DNA of 64,000 bases from Candidatus Nomurabacteria bacterium RIFCSPLOWO2_01_FULL_39_18 (lineage in GTDB: Bacteria > Patescibacteriota > Minisyncoccia > Phycocordibacterales > UBA9973): the NCBI GenBank assembly GCA_001787005.1, contig MFUV01000010.1:73955-137954 (forward strand), in the 5' to 3' direction. A program made the position numbers and the translations under genes. The notes under the pieces are model-generated. The model was given only the letters and a program-made list of their open reading frames with translations, had not been told where the DNA came from and ran no database searches. Below, piece after piece: positions 55,785-64,000 of the stretch (positions are counted from its first letter, which is position 1; each line of letters starts with the position of its first letter).

Positions 55785-56843
55785 CTACCCCGTCCAATAA
55801 AAGGCCATGATACTAAAATCAACCAAATCAACTTTGCCATCCCCGTTTAAATGCTTGATTTCTCTTGGTATAAATTCGGCGCTAAGCGGACGCTTGTACC
55901 AGAATGCGGCGATGGAAAAATCTACCAAGTTACAGCGACCATCTTCATTCAAATCGCATTTTGCGGATTTTGCCGTCGGATCTACGAGCACATTTTCTGT
56001 ACCAACAAGAAAACCGACGGTATTGCTGAAAGAGCTGATTTCGTTTCCTTTCTGCGCTTTGGATTTGGTAGAGTGAGATCCTAACTCAAGAAGTGAAGTG
56101 TCAAAATTGTGCAAATAGATGCCGTTCGTGTCAGATAGTGTATTTTCGAAAAATTCTTGCGCAGAATTAACGCTGATAATGACACTGGCAGTTTGAGCGC
56201 TTTGTCCAAAAATGGCTATATTGTCTCCGCGCTTGACCACGCTCTTGTCAACCGCAATGGTCGGAGCAATAAATATACCGCTTATATTCGTGATTATGTT
56301 GGCAGTTATAAAAATCTGGAAGGTGAACGGACTTGAGCGCAAACCGTTCTTGTCTTCGCCATAGACAGAAAATGTATAATTACCGGAAGCGAGATTGGTC
56401 AAAGACGCAGAGAAGTTGCTGTCCGGACCCGCTATGGTTGAGAGCACCAATTGTCCATCCTTGAGAATACTTACTTTAGACAATGGATATGCTCTTCCAG
56501 AAAAATTAACTCCAGTATTTGTGGATCCGCCACTTCCGCTACTTCCACCACCCCCGCCGCTACCGGGTGAAGATTCCTCTTCTACGAATGGAAAATAAAG
56601 AAATCCGAAACGGCCGAGAAAAGTGCTTGACGAAGAAGCGCCGATAACCGACTCATCTAGAGACTGGAACACTCGAAAACTCCCAGAGGTTCCATATCCC
56701 CCGCCAACACCTACCACTGGATCACGGATGATAAAGCTGGGACTGGTTAAATCAGAAGCAAGAGCAGTAGATACCCATAGTGTAAAAGTTAGAAGTAAAA
56801 AAAACAAACAGGAAAAAAGATTAAAGTATATTTTCTTTTTCAT
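55785..56843 (-). CDS. Secreted protein with C-terminal dockerin (two Ca-binding repeats)
   Basis: DLNEDGRCNLVDFSI and LNGDGKVDLVDFSIMA match the dockerin D-x-N/D-x-D-G-x-V-x-x-x-D duplicated repeat. Signal peptide and Gly/Ser linker present. Confidence 0.65.
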   Translation of the reverse strand: MKKKIYFNLFSCLFFLLLTFTLWVSTALASDLTSPSFIIRDPVVGVGGGYGTSGSFRVFQSLDESVIGASSSSTFLGRFGFLYFPFVEEESSPGSGGGGGSSGSGGSTNTGVNFSGRAYPLSKVSILKDGQLVLSTIAGPDSNFSASLTNLASGNYTFSVYGEDKNGLRSSPFTFQIFITANIITNISGIFIAPTIAVDKSVVKRGDNIAIFGQSAQTASVIISVNSAQEFFENTLSDTNGIYLHNFDTSLLELGSHSTKSKAQKGNEISSFSNTVGFLVGTENVLVDPTAKSAKCDLNEDGRCNLVDFSIAAFWYKRPLSAEFIPREIKHLNGDGKVDLVDFSIMAFYWTG

Positions 56844-56890
56844 ATACTATGCAATATATCGAACAGAGCACAAGTTACTATTTTTTACTT

Positions 56891-57280
56891 TTACGGAGTA
56901 GCTGGTGCGGAGGAAGTTTTCTGACTTTCTCCAATATTCAGAGGCGCTACTTCGATAATTTTGTTCATTGATACACTGTAAAGAAAAGCCTTCTTGGCAG
57001 TGGTATAAATAAGTACCTTATCTCCCTTTGCCGCCCCCGCAAAAAAGGCTTGGCTTTTTAACGCCTCGGGATCAGCTACAGTGGCCACTGTCGGCACCTC
57101 ACCTTCAGGCAGAATCACTAAACGACCCACTTTCGCCACTAGATCGGCTGTTTCTTTTTGAGTTACTGCTTGAGGATTTTGTTTAATTAAACTCCACTGA
57201 TAATAAAAGTATGCAGCGAAAATCACCGCAACGACTGCAATCAACAAAACTACCCTATCTATCATTTTTTGTCTATCCAT
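56891..57280 (-). CDS. Small N-terminally anchored protein (paralog family, member 1)
   Basis: 129 aa. N-terminal TM. Collinear with 57787..58188: (D/A)xxKxxxxLxxLxxLPxxVPTxATVxDP...QAFFA.A.G.KVL. Confidence 0.5.
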   Translation of the reverse strand: MDRQKMIDRVVLLIAVVAVIFAAYFYYQWSLIKQNPQAVTQKETADLVAKVGRLVILPEGEVPTVATVADPEALKSQAFFAGAAKGDKVLIYTTAKKAFLYSVSMNKIIEVAPLNIGESQKTSSAPATP

Positions 57281-57372
57281 AATAATTATGATATTAACTT
57301 ATAATAAAACTAATGCTAATGTTCAGTATATAACAAGGCAGTATGAAGCGCAATGTTTAAAAACTCCCAAAT

Positions 57373-57768
57373 CTACGGGGACTTATATTTCTTTATCGCC
57401 TCCACGACCTTGCCATTATCTTTCATATTTTCCCAAAATAAAATTTTATCTTTCTCGATGTACATAGCGTCGGTTGGCCCATGGAGCTCTGATCCTAGCT
57501 TGATTAGCTGAAGTTTTTGGTTGGGATCACTTGACGAAATTTTGCTTCCAGCTTGTTGAAGCAAGTCGGTAGCTTGTAAATAATAAACATCAGTTAATTT
57601 AATAAAGCGGCCGCTAGCAGAAATCTTGCCAAAATACACTTGGCCGTTATCAAGGAAAACTGCCTGGTATCCCTCGGCATTAATCTTGAACCAGATATTT
57701 TGCCCATAAAAATAGCAAACAACGGCTCCAACTAATAAAACTGAAAAAAATATTTTCCTTATATCCAT
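57373..57768 (-). CDS. Small N-terminally anchored protein (related architecture)
   Basis: 131 aa. N-terminal TM. Weak similarity to the neighbours. Confidence 0.45.
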   Translation of the reverse strand: MDIRKIFFSVLLVGAVVCYFYGQNIWFKINAEGYQAVFLDNGQVYFGKISASGRFIKLTDVYYLQATDLLQQAGSKISSSDPNQKLQLIKLGSELHGPTDAMYIEKDKILFWENMKDNGKVVEAIKKYKSP

Positions 57769-57786
57769 AAATGTTTTACAAATAAA

Positions 57787-58188
57787 TTATTCATTTATTT
57801 TCTCTATGTTGGGAGTTATTGCGCTGCCCCCTTCCTCTTCTGTCAGGTTAACGGGGCCGACTTCAATGACTTTATGTGTAAATGGGTCGTAGAGAATAGC
57901 TTTCTTGGCAATCGAAAAAACTAAAACTTTGTAGCCAACCTTTGCATTAGCAAAAAAAGCTTGATCAGAAAGTTTAGACGGATCTGTAACTGTCGCGATA
58001 GTTGGCACTTCATCCGGCAGTAAAATTAATTTGCTCAAGTCTCTAATCAGTTTTTTATTTTCATCTTCTGTCGCAATTCCCGGATTGTTTTTAAGAGTGT
58101 TCCACTGCCAGTAGAAATATCCCCCTGCAAGGAGACTGCCCACAAACAATATTATAAAAGACAATATAAGTATTTTTATTTTTCTCAT
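57787..58188 (-). CDS. Small N-terminally anchored protein (paralog family, member 2)
   Basis: 133 aa. Clear paralog of 56891..57280. Confidence 0.5.
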   Translation of the reverse strand: MRKIKILILSFIILFVGSLLAGGYFYWQWNTLKNNPGIATEDENKKLIRDLSKLILLPDEVPTIATVTDPSKLSDQAFFANAKVGYKVLVFSIAKKAILYDPFTHKVIEVGPVNLTEEEGGSAITPNIEKINE

Positions 58189-58230
58189 GGTTCCATAATT
58201 ATAACAAATTCTAATTTGGAAGCCAATCCT

Positions 58231-58292
58231 ACCAAGGATTTACCAAGGGGAACCCTTGGTAAATTTAGTTGCTACCAAGGGGAACCCTTGGT
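58231..58292. repeat. REP-like hairpin repeats, family B (taccaaggggaacccttggta), two copies 5' of RAYT-2
   Basis: Stem ccaaggg/cccttgg with loop gaa. The copies are 20 bp apart. Confidence 0.75.
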
Positions 58293-58303
58293 ATGATGAC
58301 TAG

Positions 58304-58960
58304 ATGCAACGAAAAACAAAATTTGTGATCGGAGAGTTTTATCATATTTACAATCGTGGAGTAGAAAAAAGAATTATTTTCCCAAATATATCTGATTATA
58401 AAAGATTTCTAGCTCTTTTATATCTTGCAAACAGTAATGAAATAATACAATTCCGAAATGATTTTTCTAGAACTTTCCTTGAGAAAATTTTCGAGAAAGA
58501 TCGAGGCGAGCCGTTAGTTGCCATTGGAGCATATTGCTTAATGCCAAACCATTTTCATTTATTACTCACTCCCCTGGTGGAGGGAGGGATATCAAAATTC
58601 ATGTTAAAGCTTCAGACTGGGTATTCTATGTATTTCAATAAAAAGAATGATCGGGTTGGGGGGCTTTTCCAGGGAGTTTTTAAATCACAACATATAGATA
58701 AAAATGAATATTTAATGTATATTTATGCGTATATTCATTTAAATCCAACGAAGTTAAAAAATTCAGAATGGAAAACACAACCAAAAAGTTTTTTAAATAA
58801 ACTAAAAAAATTTATTGCTGAATATCCATATTCTAGCTTGCAAGAATATTTATCTGGAAATTATAGAATACTAAACCCTAAGCCATTCCCGATGGAGAAA
58901 AAAGATCTTATTGACCACGATTCTATGATAGATGATTTTAGCGAGGTATTACCAAGGTGA
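58304..58960 (+). CDS. REP-associated tyrosine transposase-like (IS200/IS605 Y1 HuH family), RAYT-2
   Basis: GEFYHIYNRG. HuH motif AYCLMPNHFHLLLTP. Downstream catalytic Tyr region GGLFQGVFKSQHI. Collinear with RAYT-1 and about 30% identical by eye. Confidence 0.8.
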   Translation: MQRKTKFVIGEFYHIYNRGVEKRIIFPNISDYKRFLALLYLANSNEIIQFRNDFSRTFLEKIFEKDRGEPLVAIGAYCLMPNHFHLLLTPLVEGGISKFMLKLQTGYSMYFNKKNDRVGGLFQGVFKSQHIDKNEYLMYIYAYIHLNPTKLKNSEWKTQPKSFLNKLKKFIAEYPYSSLQEYLSGNYRILNPKPFPMEKKDLIDHDSMIDDFSEVLPR

Positions 58961-58986
58961 ACCCTTGGTAAATTAGTAAATTAGTG
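58950..58986. repeat. REP-like family B copy (taccaaggtgaacccttggta) overlapping the RAYT-2 stop, followed by a direct repeat aaattagtaaattagt
   Basis: Same stem as the upstream copies. Located between RAYT-2 and the end of the giant surface-protein gene. Confidence 0.7.
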
Positions 58987-61900
58987 AAGAAGCCAATTCC
59001 AAAGTCTCTGTAGCCAATCCGGGGCGGCATTGATAACTGAAGCTCCTCCGCCACCGCCACCGCCACCCTGAGAAGACAAGCTACCAGCATAGAAATCATC
59101 ACCTCTAGTGTCCGTGAGGTTGCCATATCCAACCAATCCCGGTCGCCCGCTTGAATATGTAGAATCAGACACATTCGTTACTGTTGTGCCATTTTGTTTG
59201 AGAGTCAAATTAGTTCCAGAAATTTCCAAACGCAACACATCGCCTGGAGAAAACGCAGTGCCAGTATAGTGCGTAGTCGGAGTACCCGCATTCCATTCAA
59301 TTATTTTTACCGCGGTATTGCTATCTGAATAAGCTCCGTACCCGCTTTGGTCAGACTGAAGTCTGACTCCCCCACCTATATAGCCACCAGAAGCCAAAGC
59401 TCCCAGGGTAATTTCTATATATTGATTATCATTGAAACTGCCAATATTCCATTTCGCCATTGTGTCTGTGGCACTGGCATTACTGTGAATGGCATTGGTG
59501 TTTATAGCAAAGGCGGAACTTCCGCCAAGCAATGCCCAATTGGAATCATATGTGGTCAAAGCTGTGGCATCGCTGCCCGTAAATGCTTGGGGCAATGTTC
59601 CCCCGCCACCGCCAGAGATTTCCCCGCCGCTTCCGCTACCACTGTTTCCGCCACCGCTCTGAGGAGTTCCTGCTCCTGAAACATTTTCCGCGCCGGGAGC
59701 AACAATACCCTGTAAAACAAATGCCCAACAACTGCCGTTGTTGCCGCCGTTTAGGATTGTTATGCTTTTGGGAACTGACTGCGTACTTGGAGCGCAGGCG
59801 GAATTTCGCACAACTATATAGCTCAAACTAATGGTGGCGCCCGCATCAATATAAACCGTCCATTGACTGGTCCCATCTATAGAATCCAAAACAATATTAC
59901 CACTTTCCGAAGAACCAGTCAGAGTTATATCATTGTAAAAGCCGAAGGTCGAGCCTTGATTGAAACTGATTTTTTTGTTAGGACTGGTGGATGTAAAATT
60001 ATGAAAATCCGTCGAACTGGTTCCTTGGAAGTTGATGTTTTCAACTTGTACACCATTTACTGAGGCGGGCGCAACCACCACCGTGCTAGTTCCTTTATTA
60101 AATGTGCCGTCGTTTGTAAAAGTGGCTCCGACATCAGAACCCGCGATAGTGATAGTGGAATTGTTGGCAGTCAAGGTTCCTTTGCTTGTAATTGTGATAG
60201 AGCCAACGGTGAGGGGGAAATTGCTCGCGGCGGAAGTATTTAAAATATCGGCATTGGTAGAACCAGTGTTACCGATAGTCAAGGCATTTGTAGTTGTAGT
60301 CGCCGCTCCTAGAGTAAAAGTAGAAGCCGCATTACTATCAGAAGTAGTGCCAACGCCAAGATTATAATAATCAGCTGGTGTCACGGTGATACTACCAGCT
60401 CCAGTGGGATAAGTATAATTAAACGTAGAAGTATTCGTAGGGCAAGTAGCAAATGAACAAATCGTGCTAGAAGCGTTGAAAACCAGCGGGGTGCCGTTGG
60501 CTGATAAGCTCCAGACAATATCTCCGGGATCTAATACGGTTGCGGCGCCATCACCTGCTTTACCAATGTTGAGTGTTCCAGAAATAGTAACATTGCCCGT
60601 ACCGCCTACTTGGGTGGTAATCGTTGGAGTAACGGCAGTTCTGCCGAAAGTCAGGTTAACAAAATTCCAATCATTAGAACCAGTAGGTCCGAAATTTTGA
60701 TTGGCGCCCACCAGCTGTTCAAAAGTCCCGGCAGTGGTTAAGTTAACAGTTCCAGTTCCTGTAACATCCCCCGCTCCGGTTATCGTACCGTTGGCAGTTC
60801 CAGACAGAGTACCCGTTACAACCAAGCTACCGGTCTGAGTCCAAGCCCCCGTTCCTGTGGTAGCTGTCGCGCCAGTTGAAATAGTAGTCATCCCACCAAC
60901 CACAATGGCAGAAGAAGGCATAGTATAAGTACCTGTTCCACCCAAGGTAAGATCATTAAATGTTGTGGCCGTAACATTCGCAGTGGTGCCAGAATATGTA
61001 ACCGTACTGCCAGTTACTGTAAATGTATTGGATCCAGACAAGGTAAGTGGTGAAGAAGTTCCTGTTAATTCTAAAGTATCGCCACTAATATTTAAATTCT
61101 GTGAATCGTCAACTGTTATGGAAGTGGCTTTAACATTCGATGAGGTTGAAAGGGTGGTCGCACCGACATTGGCGGAAACTTGCACAATTCCGATACTTTT
61201 TGATGTTACGTTATCATCCGTCCAAGTTTGAGTACCGCCACCCCCTTTGGCGAATACAACAATTCCAGCGCCGGTAGTAATTTCTGCCCCAGAAGTAATG
61301 ACCAAATTCCCTCGCAAGGTTGTATTCGTAGCTGGCATGGTATAAGTGCCGGTGCCGCCTAAAGTTAAATTATTATATGTGGTAGCGGTAACATTAGAAG
61401 TGGTGCCGGTATATTCCACTGTCGAGGTACTCGCGGTAAATGTGCCTCCTGCCGTGATATTGAGAGGAGTAGCACCGCTTCCGGCGGATAGGGTCAAAGT
61501 TCTAGTTGATAAATCTAAAATATCTTTGAAAGAACCATCGGAGGCATGACCAATGTTTATGCCTCCCGCAGCTGTAGCGTCCCCAGCCAGGGTATATGTG
61601 ACTGCCGTGCTGTCGGATGTCGAGCCGACACCCAGATTATTATAAGTAGCGACCGCAACATTGGTCGCAGTCGTGCCGATGTAATTCATCGTATGCGTGC
61701 CACTGCCTGTAAAAGTTCCGGAATTTACGAACGGCGTACCTGATGCGGAAAGAGTGATGCTGCCGGAGCTTGGAGCAATAGTGCAAGTCGCGCCATTAGT
61801 CAAAGTTCCCGCCACCGTGAAAGAAGTGTTGGCAGTAACAGAAGTAGATGAACAAGCAGTGGTCAAATTTTGAAATGTCAGAGTGCCGGAATTTGTAATC

Positions 61901-64000
61901 GCTCCGCCGCCGTTCACCGTGATCGTGCCGGCCCCCGGTGTGAAAGTTCCCGTAACATTGAAAGTCCCGCCCACTATCGCAGTCTGCGTGCCACTACTGA
62001 TTGTTCCGCTAATTGTTAAATTATTAAACGTAGTATTGGCAATGGTAGGACTCGAAGCGCTTGAATAATCCACCGTGCTTCCTGTTACCGTAAAGGTATT
62101 GCTTCCGGATAAAGTCAGGCCGGTCCCAGTCAATGTTAAAGTATCAGAACTGATGTCAAGATTCTGGCTGGTATCAACTGTGACAGATGAGGCTTTAACA
62201 TTCGAAGAAGTTGAAAGAGTCGTGGGCGTGCCATTTACTGAAACTTGAACCGTTCCAATATCTTGCACTCCAGCTGTACTATCCGTCCAAGTTTGCGTCC
62301 CACCTTTGGCAAAGATAATCGTCCCGGCTCCGGTGGTTACAGTTGTGTTTACGCCGATAGCAAGATTCCCGCGCAAAGTTAAATTAGACCCAGGAAGTGT
62401 GTATGTCGCGGAACTGCTAGGCGCAAATGTCAGATTGTCGTAGGTTGCGGCCGTAATGTTCGTGGCGCTCGTCCCAGTATAGGATATGGTATTGCCGGCT
62501 GTTGGAGTAAAGGTTCCAGTTTTAACAAAAGGCGTCCCCGAACCAGAGAGAGTAATGGTCCCCGTGCCAGTGGCAAGAGTCGCGCCACTGGCAATAGTCA
62601 AAACTCCAGCCACTCCGAAGCTCGGGTTGTTCGCAGTGCCTGTCGCTCCGGCATTGGTACTATCGCCAATGGTAAGATTCCCGGCAATATCGCTAAGAGT
62701 TCCCGGTAAAACTAAGGGCGTAACATCAGCTGGTTTTAAATTCAAGTGTCCATAAGTGGCGTTCGTAATTGTGAGACCATTGGTTTGAAAATAAGAGACC
62801 GTGCTAGTGGCCCCATAAGTATAAGTAGAGAAGCTTGCCGGATATGCCGAGGCTCCGGACATTTCAAAAAATGCGCCGTTGGAAACTGAAAAGGTGTCCG
62901 ACGCTCCATTGCCGGTAATAGAAAATCCTCCGTTTTTCAAAGTACCTAGAGAGACGGAAAGAGCTGTGGCGCTAGCTTTGTCTGTCTCAAGATTAGCTCC
63001 AAGCGTCCACTCTCCATTCGAACCATTAAAATTTAAAGCGCTAAAATCAGAAGTTCCGGATAAAGTTCCGCCCAAAGTATTGCCTGTGTCCGTCGCGGTA
63101 AAGGCGACCGTCCCGCCATTGTTGGCAAAAGTTCCAGAGTTTGAATAATTGCCGCTCAACGTGAGCGTACCGGAAGTCGAAGTAAATGTGCCGGAAGTAA
63201 TAGCGAGGTCTACCCCGCTTATTGCTCCGCTTCCGCCGTTAAATGTTCCAGTTTGAGTTATATTTCCGCTGGCTGTGATTATCCCAGTGGTTGTTTGGGT
63301 AAGTGTTCCAGTGATAACTGCATTGTCCGTAGTCAGAGTTTCATCCGAGTCAACGGTCAAAGTGTCTCCGGATTCGACTTGAATAGTTTCATCCGAGTAA
63401 GAATTGGAACAACCCTGGACATCGAGCGCTGTAACCGAACCAGCGTACATAATATCTTCATCAGCATTGCAATCATACAGATCTAGATCCGCCACTGTCA
63501 GACTTTTGTCGTCCACCGAACCGACCGATAGAACATTTGTATTGAGAACAATTCCAGTCATGTCTCCTGTGCCGTCATATTTTGCCACAGCGGTCGCTTC
63601 CGAAGAATCGGCAATGTCTCCGTCTCCATCGGTCAGGAAAACCGTGATGGCTTGGTCGGACTGCACGCTTACGCTTGAAATGGACCAAATGCCACCACTG
63701 GTCGTGCCGGTTTGAGCCGCTAGCGATCCATTGACTGCCACTCGCACCGTTAGAGAGTCAGCCGCATTGGTAGTGCCGGAAACCGTAGCGGCCGCTGGAA
63801 AGATCCAGCAAGTTCCATTATTGCCTCCATTAGTGGAAGTCGCATCGAGAGTCACATTCTCCGAAGTAGAGCAAGCTCCGTAAGCAATACTGGCATAGGT
63901 AACGGATGATGGCTGAGCCACGGCAAAATCCGCCAGCCACGGATTGGCCCCGTCGTCCGAGGTGATGGTAATTAAATTGCCCGATGTCCCGGTGATTGTA
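58981..64000 (-). CDS. Giant Thr/Gly/Ser-rich beta-repeat surface protein (adhesin-like), 5'-partial: continues beyond the window end
   Basis: At least 1670 aa. Repeated about 75-aa units (…TLSTSSNVKASS(V/I)TVDxSQNL(D/N)ISxDTL(T/E)LTG…SGSNTFTVTGSTV…). Gly-rich tail GGGGGGGGASVINAAPDWLQRLWNWLLH. The reading frame stays open upstream of the GTG at 63921 to position 64000. Confidence 0.7.
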   Translation of the reverse strand, partial: TITGTSGNLITITSDDGANPWLADFAVAQPSSVTYASIAYGACSTSENVTLDATSTNGGNNGTCWIFPAAATVSGTTNAADSLTVRVAVNGSLAAQTGTTSGGIWSISSVSVQSDQAITVFLTDGDGDIADSSEATAVAKYDGTGDMTGIVLNTNVLSVGSVDDKSLTVADLDLYDCNADEDIMYAGSVTALDVQGCSNSYSDETIQVESGDTLTVDSDETLTTDNAVITGTLTQTTTGIITASGNITQTGTFNGGSGAISGVDLAITSGTFTSTSGTLTLSGNYSNSGTFANNGGTVAFTATDTGNTLGGTLSGTSDFSALNFNGSNGEWTLGANLETDKASATALSVSLGTLKNGGFSITGNGASDTFSVSNGAFFEMSGASAYPASFSTYTYGATSTVSYFQTNGLTITNATYGHLNLKPADVTPLVLPGTLSDIAGNLTIGDSTNAGATGTANNPSFGVAGVLTIASGATLATGTGTITLSGSGTPFVKTGTFTPTAGNTISYTGTSATNITAATYDNLTFAPSSSATYTLPGSNLTLRGNLAIGVNTTVTTGAGTIIFAKGGTQTWTDSTAGVQDIGTVQVSVNGTPTTLSTSSNVKASSVTVDTSQNLDISSDTLTLTGTGLTLSGSNTFTVTGSTVDYSSASSPTIANTTFNNLTISGTISSGTQTAIVGGTFNVTGTFTPGAGTITVNGGGAITNSGTLTFQNLTTACSSTSVTANTSFTVAGTLTNGATCTIAPSSGSITLSASGTPFVNSGTFTGSGTHTMNYIGTTATNVAVATYNNLGVGSTSDSTAVTYTLAGDATAAGGINIGHASDGSFKDILDLSTRTLTLSAGSGATPLNITAGGTFTASTSTVEYTGTTSNVTATTYNNLTLGGTGTYTMPATNTTLRGNLVITSGAEITTGAGIVVFAKGGGGTQTWTDDNVTSKSIGIVQVSANVGATTLSTSSNVKATSITVDDSQNLNISGDTLELTGTSSPLTLSGSNTFTVTGSTVTYSGTTANVTATTFNDLTLGGTGTYTMPSSAIVVGGMTTISTGATATTGTGAWTQTGSLVVTGTLSGTANGTITGAGDVTGTGTVNLTTAGTFEQLVGANQNFGPTGSNDWNFVNLTFGRTAVTPTITTQVGGTGNVTISGTLNIGKAGDGAATVLDPGDIVWSLSANGTPLVFNASSTICSFATCPTNTSTFNYTYPTGAGSITVTPADYYNLGVGTTSDSNAASTFTLGAATTTTNALTIGNTGSTNADILNTSAASNFPLTVGSITITSKGTLTANNSTITIAGSDVGATFTNDGTFNKGTSTVVVAPASVNGVQVENINFQGTSSTDFHNFTSTSPNKKISFNQGSTFGFYNDITLTGSSESGNIVLDSIDGTSQWTVYIDAGATISLSYIVVRNSACAPSTQSVPKSITILNGGNNGSCWAFVLQGIVAPGAENVSGAGTPQSGGGNSGSGSGGEISGGGGGTLPQAFTGSDATALTTYDSNWALLGGSSAFAINTNAIHSNASATDTMAKWNIGSFNDNQYIEITLGALASGGYIGGGVRLQSDQSGYGAYSDSNTAVKIIEWNAGTPTTHYTGTAFSPGDVLRLEISGTNLTLKQNGTTVTNVSDSTYSSGRPGLVGYGNLTDTRGDDFYAGSLSSQGGGGGGGGASVINAAPDWLQRLWNWLLH

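Noticed and set aside
59347-63715. Numerous plus-strand ORFs of 60-110 aa
   Set aside because: All are antisense to the giant repeat protein. Ala/Val/Pro-rich translations are expected from the complement of Thr/Gly/Ser codons.
1-64000. Alternative genetic code (UGA recoding, as in some CPR lineages)
   Set aside because: Long conserved ORFs (LeuS 972 aa, PepN 828 aa, PpsA 811 aa) are uninterrupted in the standard code and end at conserved C-termini.
1-64000. CRISPR arrays and rRNA genes
   Set aside because: No regularly spaced direct repeats with unique spacers were seen, and no rRNA-like conserved stretches. The REP hairpins are palindromic and irregularly spaced, not CRISPR-like.

Overview
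The window is an AT-rich, gene-dense bacterial fragment. The lack of a Shine-Dalgarno preference, compact overlapping genes, split GlmU, truncated ValS and YchF, and cohesin/dockerin surface proteins fit a reduced-genome Patescibacteria/CPR-like organism. This lineage assignment is inference. The standard genetic code is used.

Reliable housekeeping calls:
- scpB and scpA, pepN (M1 aminopeptidase), a family-4 uracil-DNA glycosylase, a GlmU-like N-terminal nucleotidyltransferase and gdhA.
- tRNA-Val(GAC), tsaD, valS, Hsp20, an MFS transporter, tRNA-Phe(GAA), a GGDEF protein and tRNA-Arg(CCT).
- A glutaredoxin-like protein, lepA, an ABC exporter, murJ, leuS, an RlmI-like methyltransferase and ychF.
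- A hydroxyacid dehydrogenase, glycerate kinase, enolase and PEP synthase, forming a glycerate-to-PEP block.

Accessory content:
- (a) Several housekeeping genes carry short GC-rich, palindromic, in-frame insertions (scpA, lepA, tsaD twice, valS tail, leuS). This includes an identical 36-nt element in scpA and lepA, reminiscent of Rickettsia palindromic elements.
- (b) There are two RAYT-like HuH tyrosine transposase genes, each flanked by its own family of REP-like hairpin repeats. Copies are inserted in-frame into an rRNA methyltransferase gene and into the RAYT gene itself.
- (c) LeuS carries a complete NUDIX hydrolase domain inserted after the CP1 editing domain.
- (d) Three paralogous ~570-aa cysteine-rich proteins of no recognised family are present.
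- (e) A probable integrative element (about 32.3-43 kb) begins with a large serine recombinase. It carries an ArdC-N-like protein, small unknown genes, an ORF-free structured region with tandem operator-like palindromes, and a defence island (Mrr-like, Walker A/B NTPase, PLD-family nuclease, C5-cytosine methyltransferase).
- (f) A cluster of four cohesin-like membrane-anchored proteins plus a dockerin protein and small transmembrane paralogues sits next to a giant (>1650 aa, 5'-partial) beta-repeat surface protein.

No rRNA genes or CRISPR arrays were seen.
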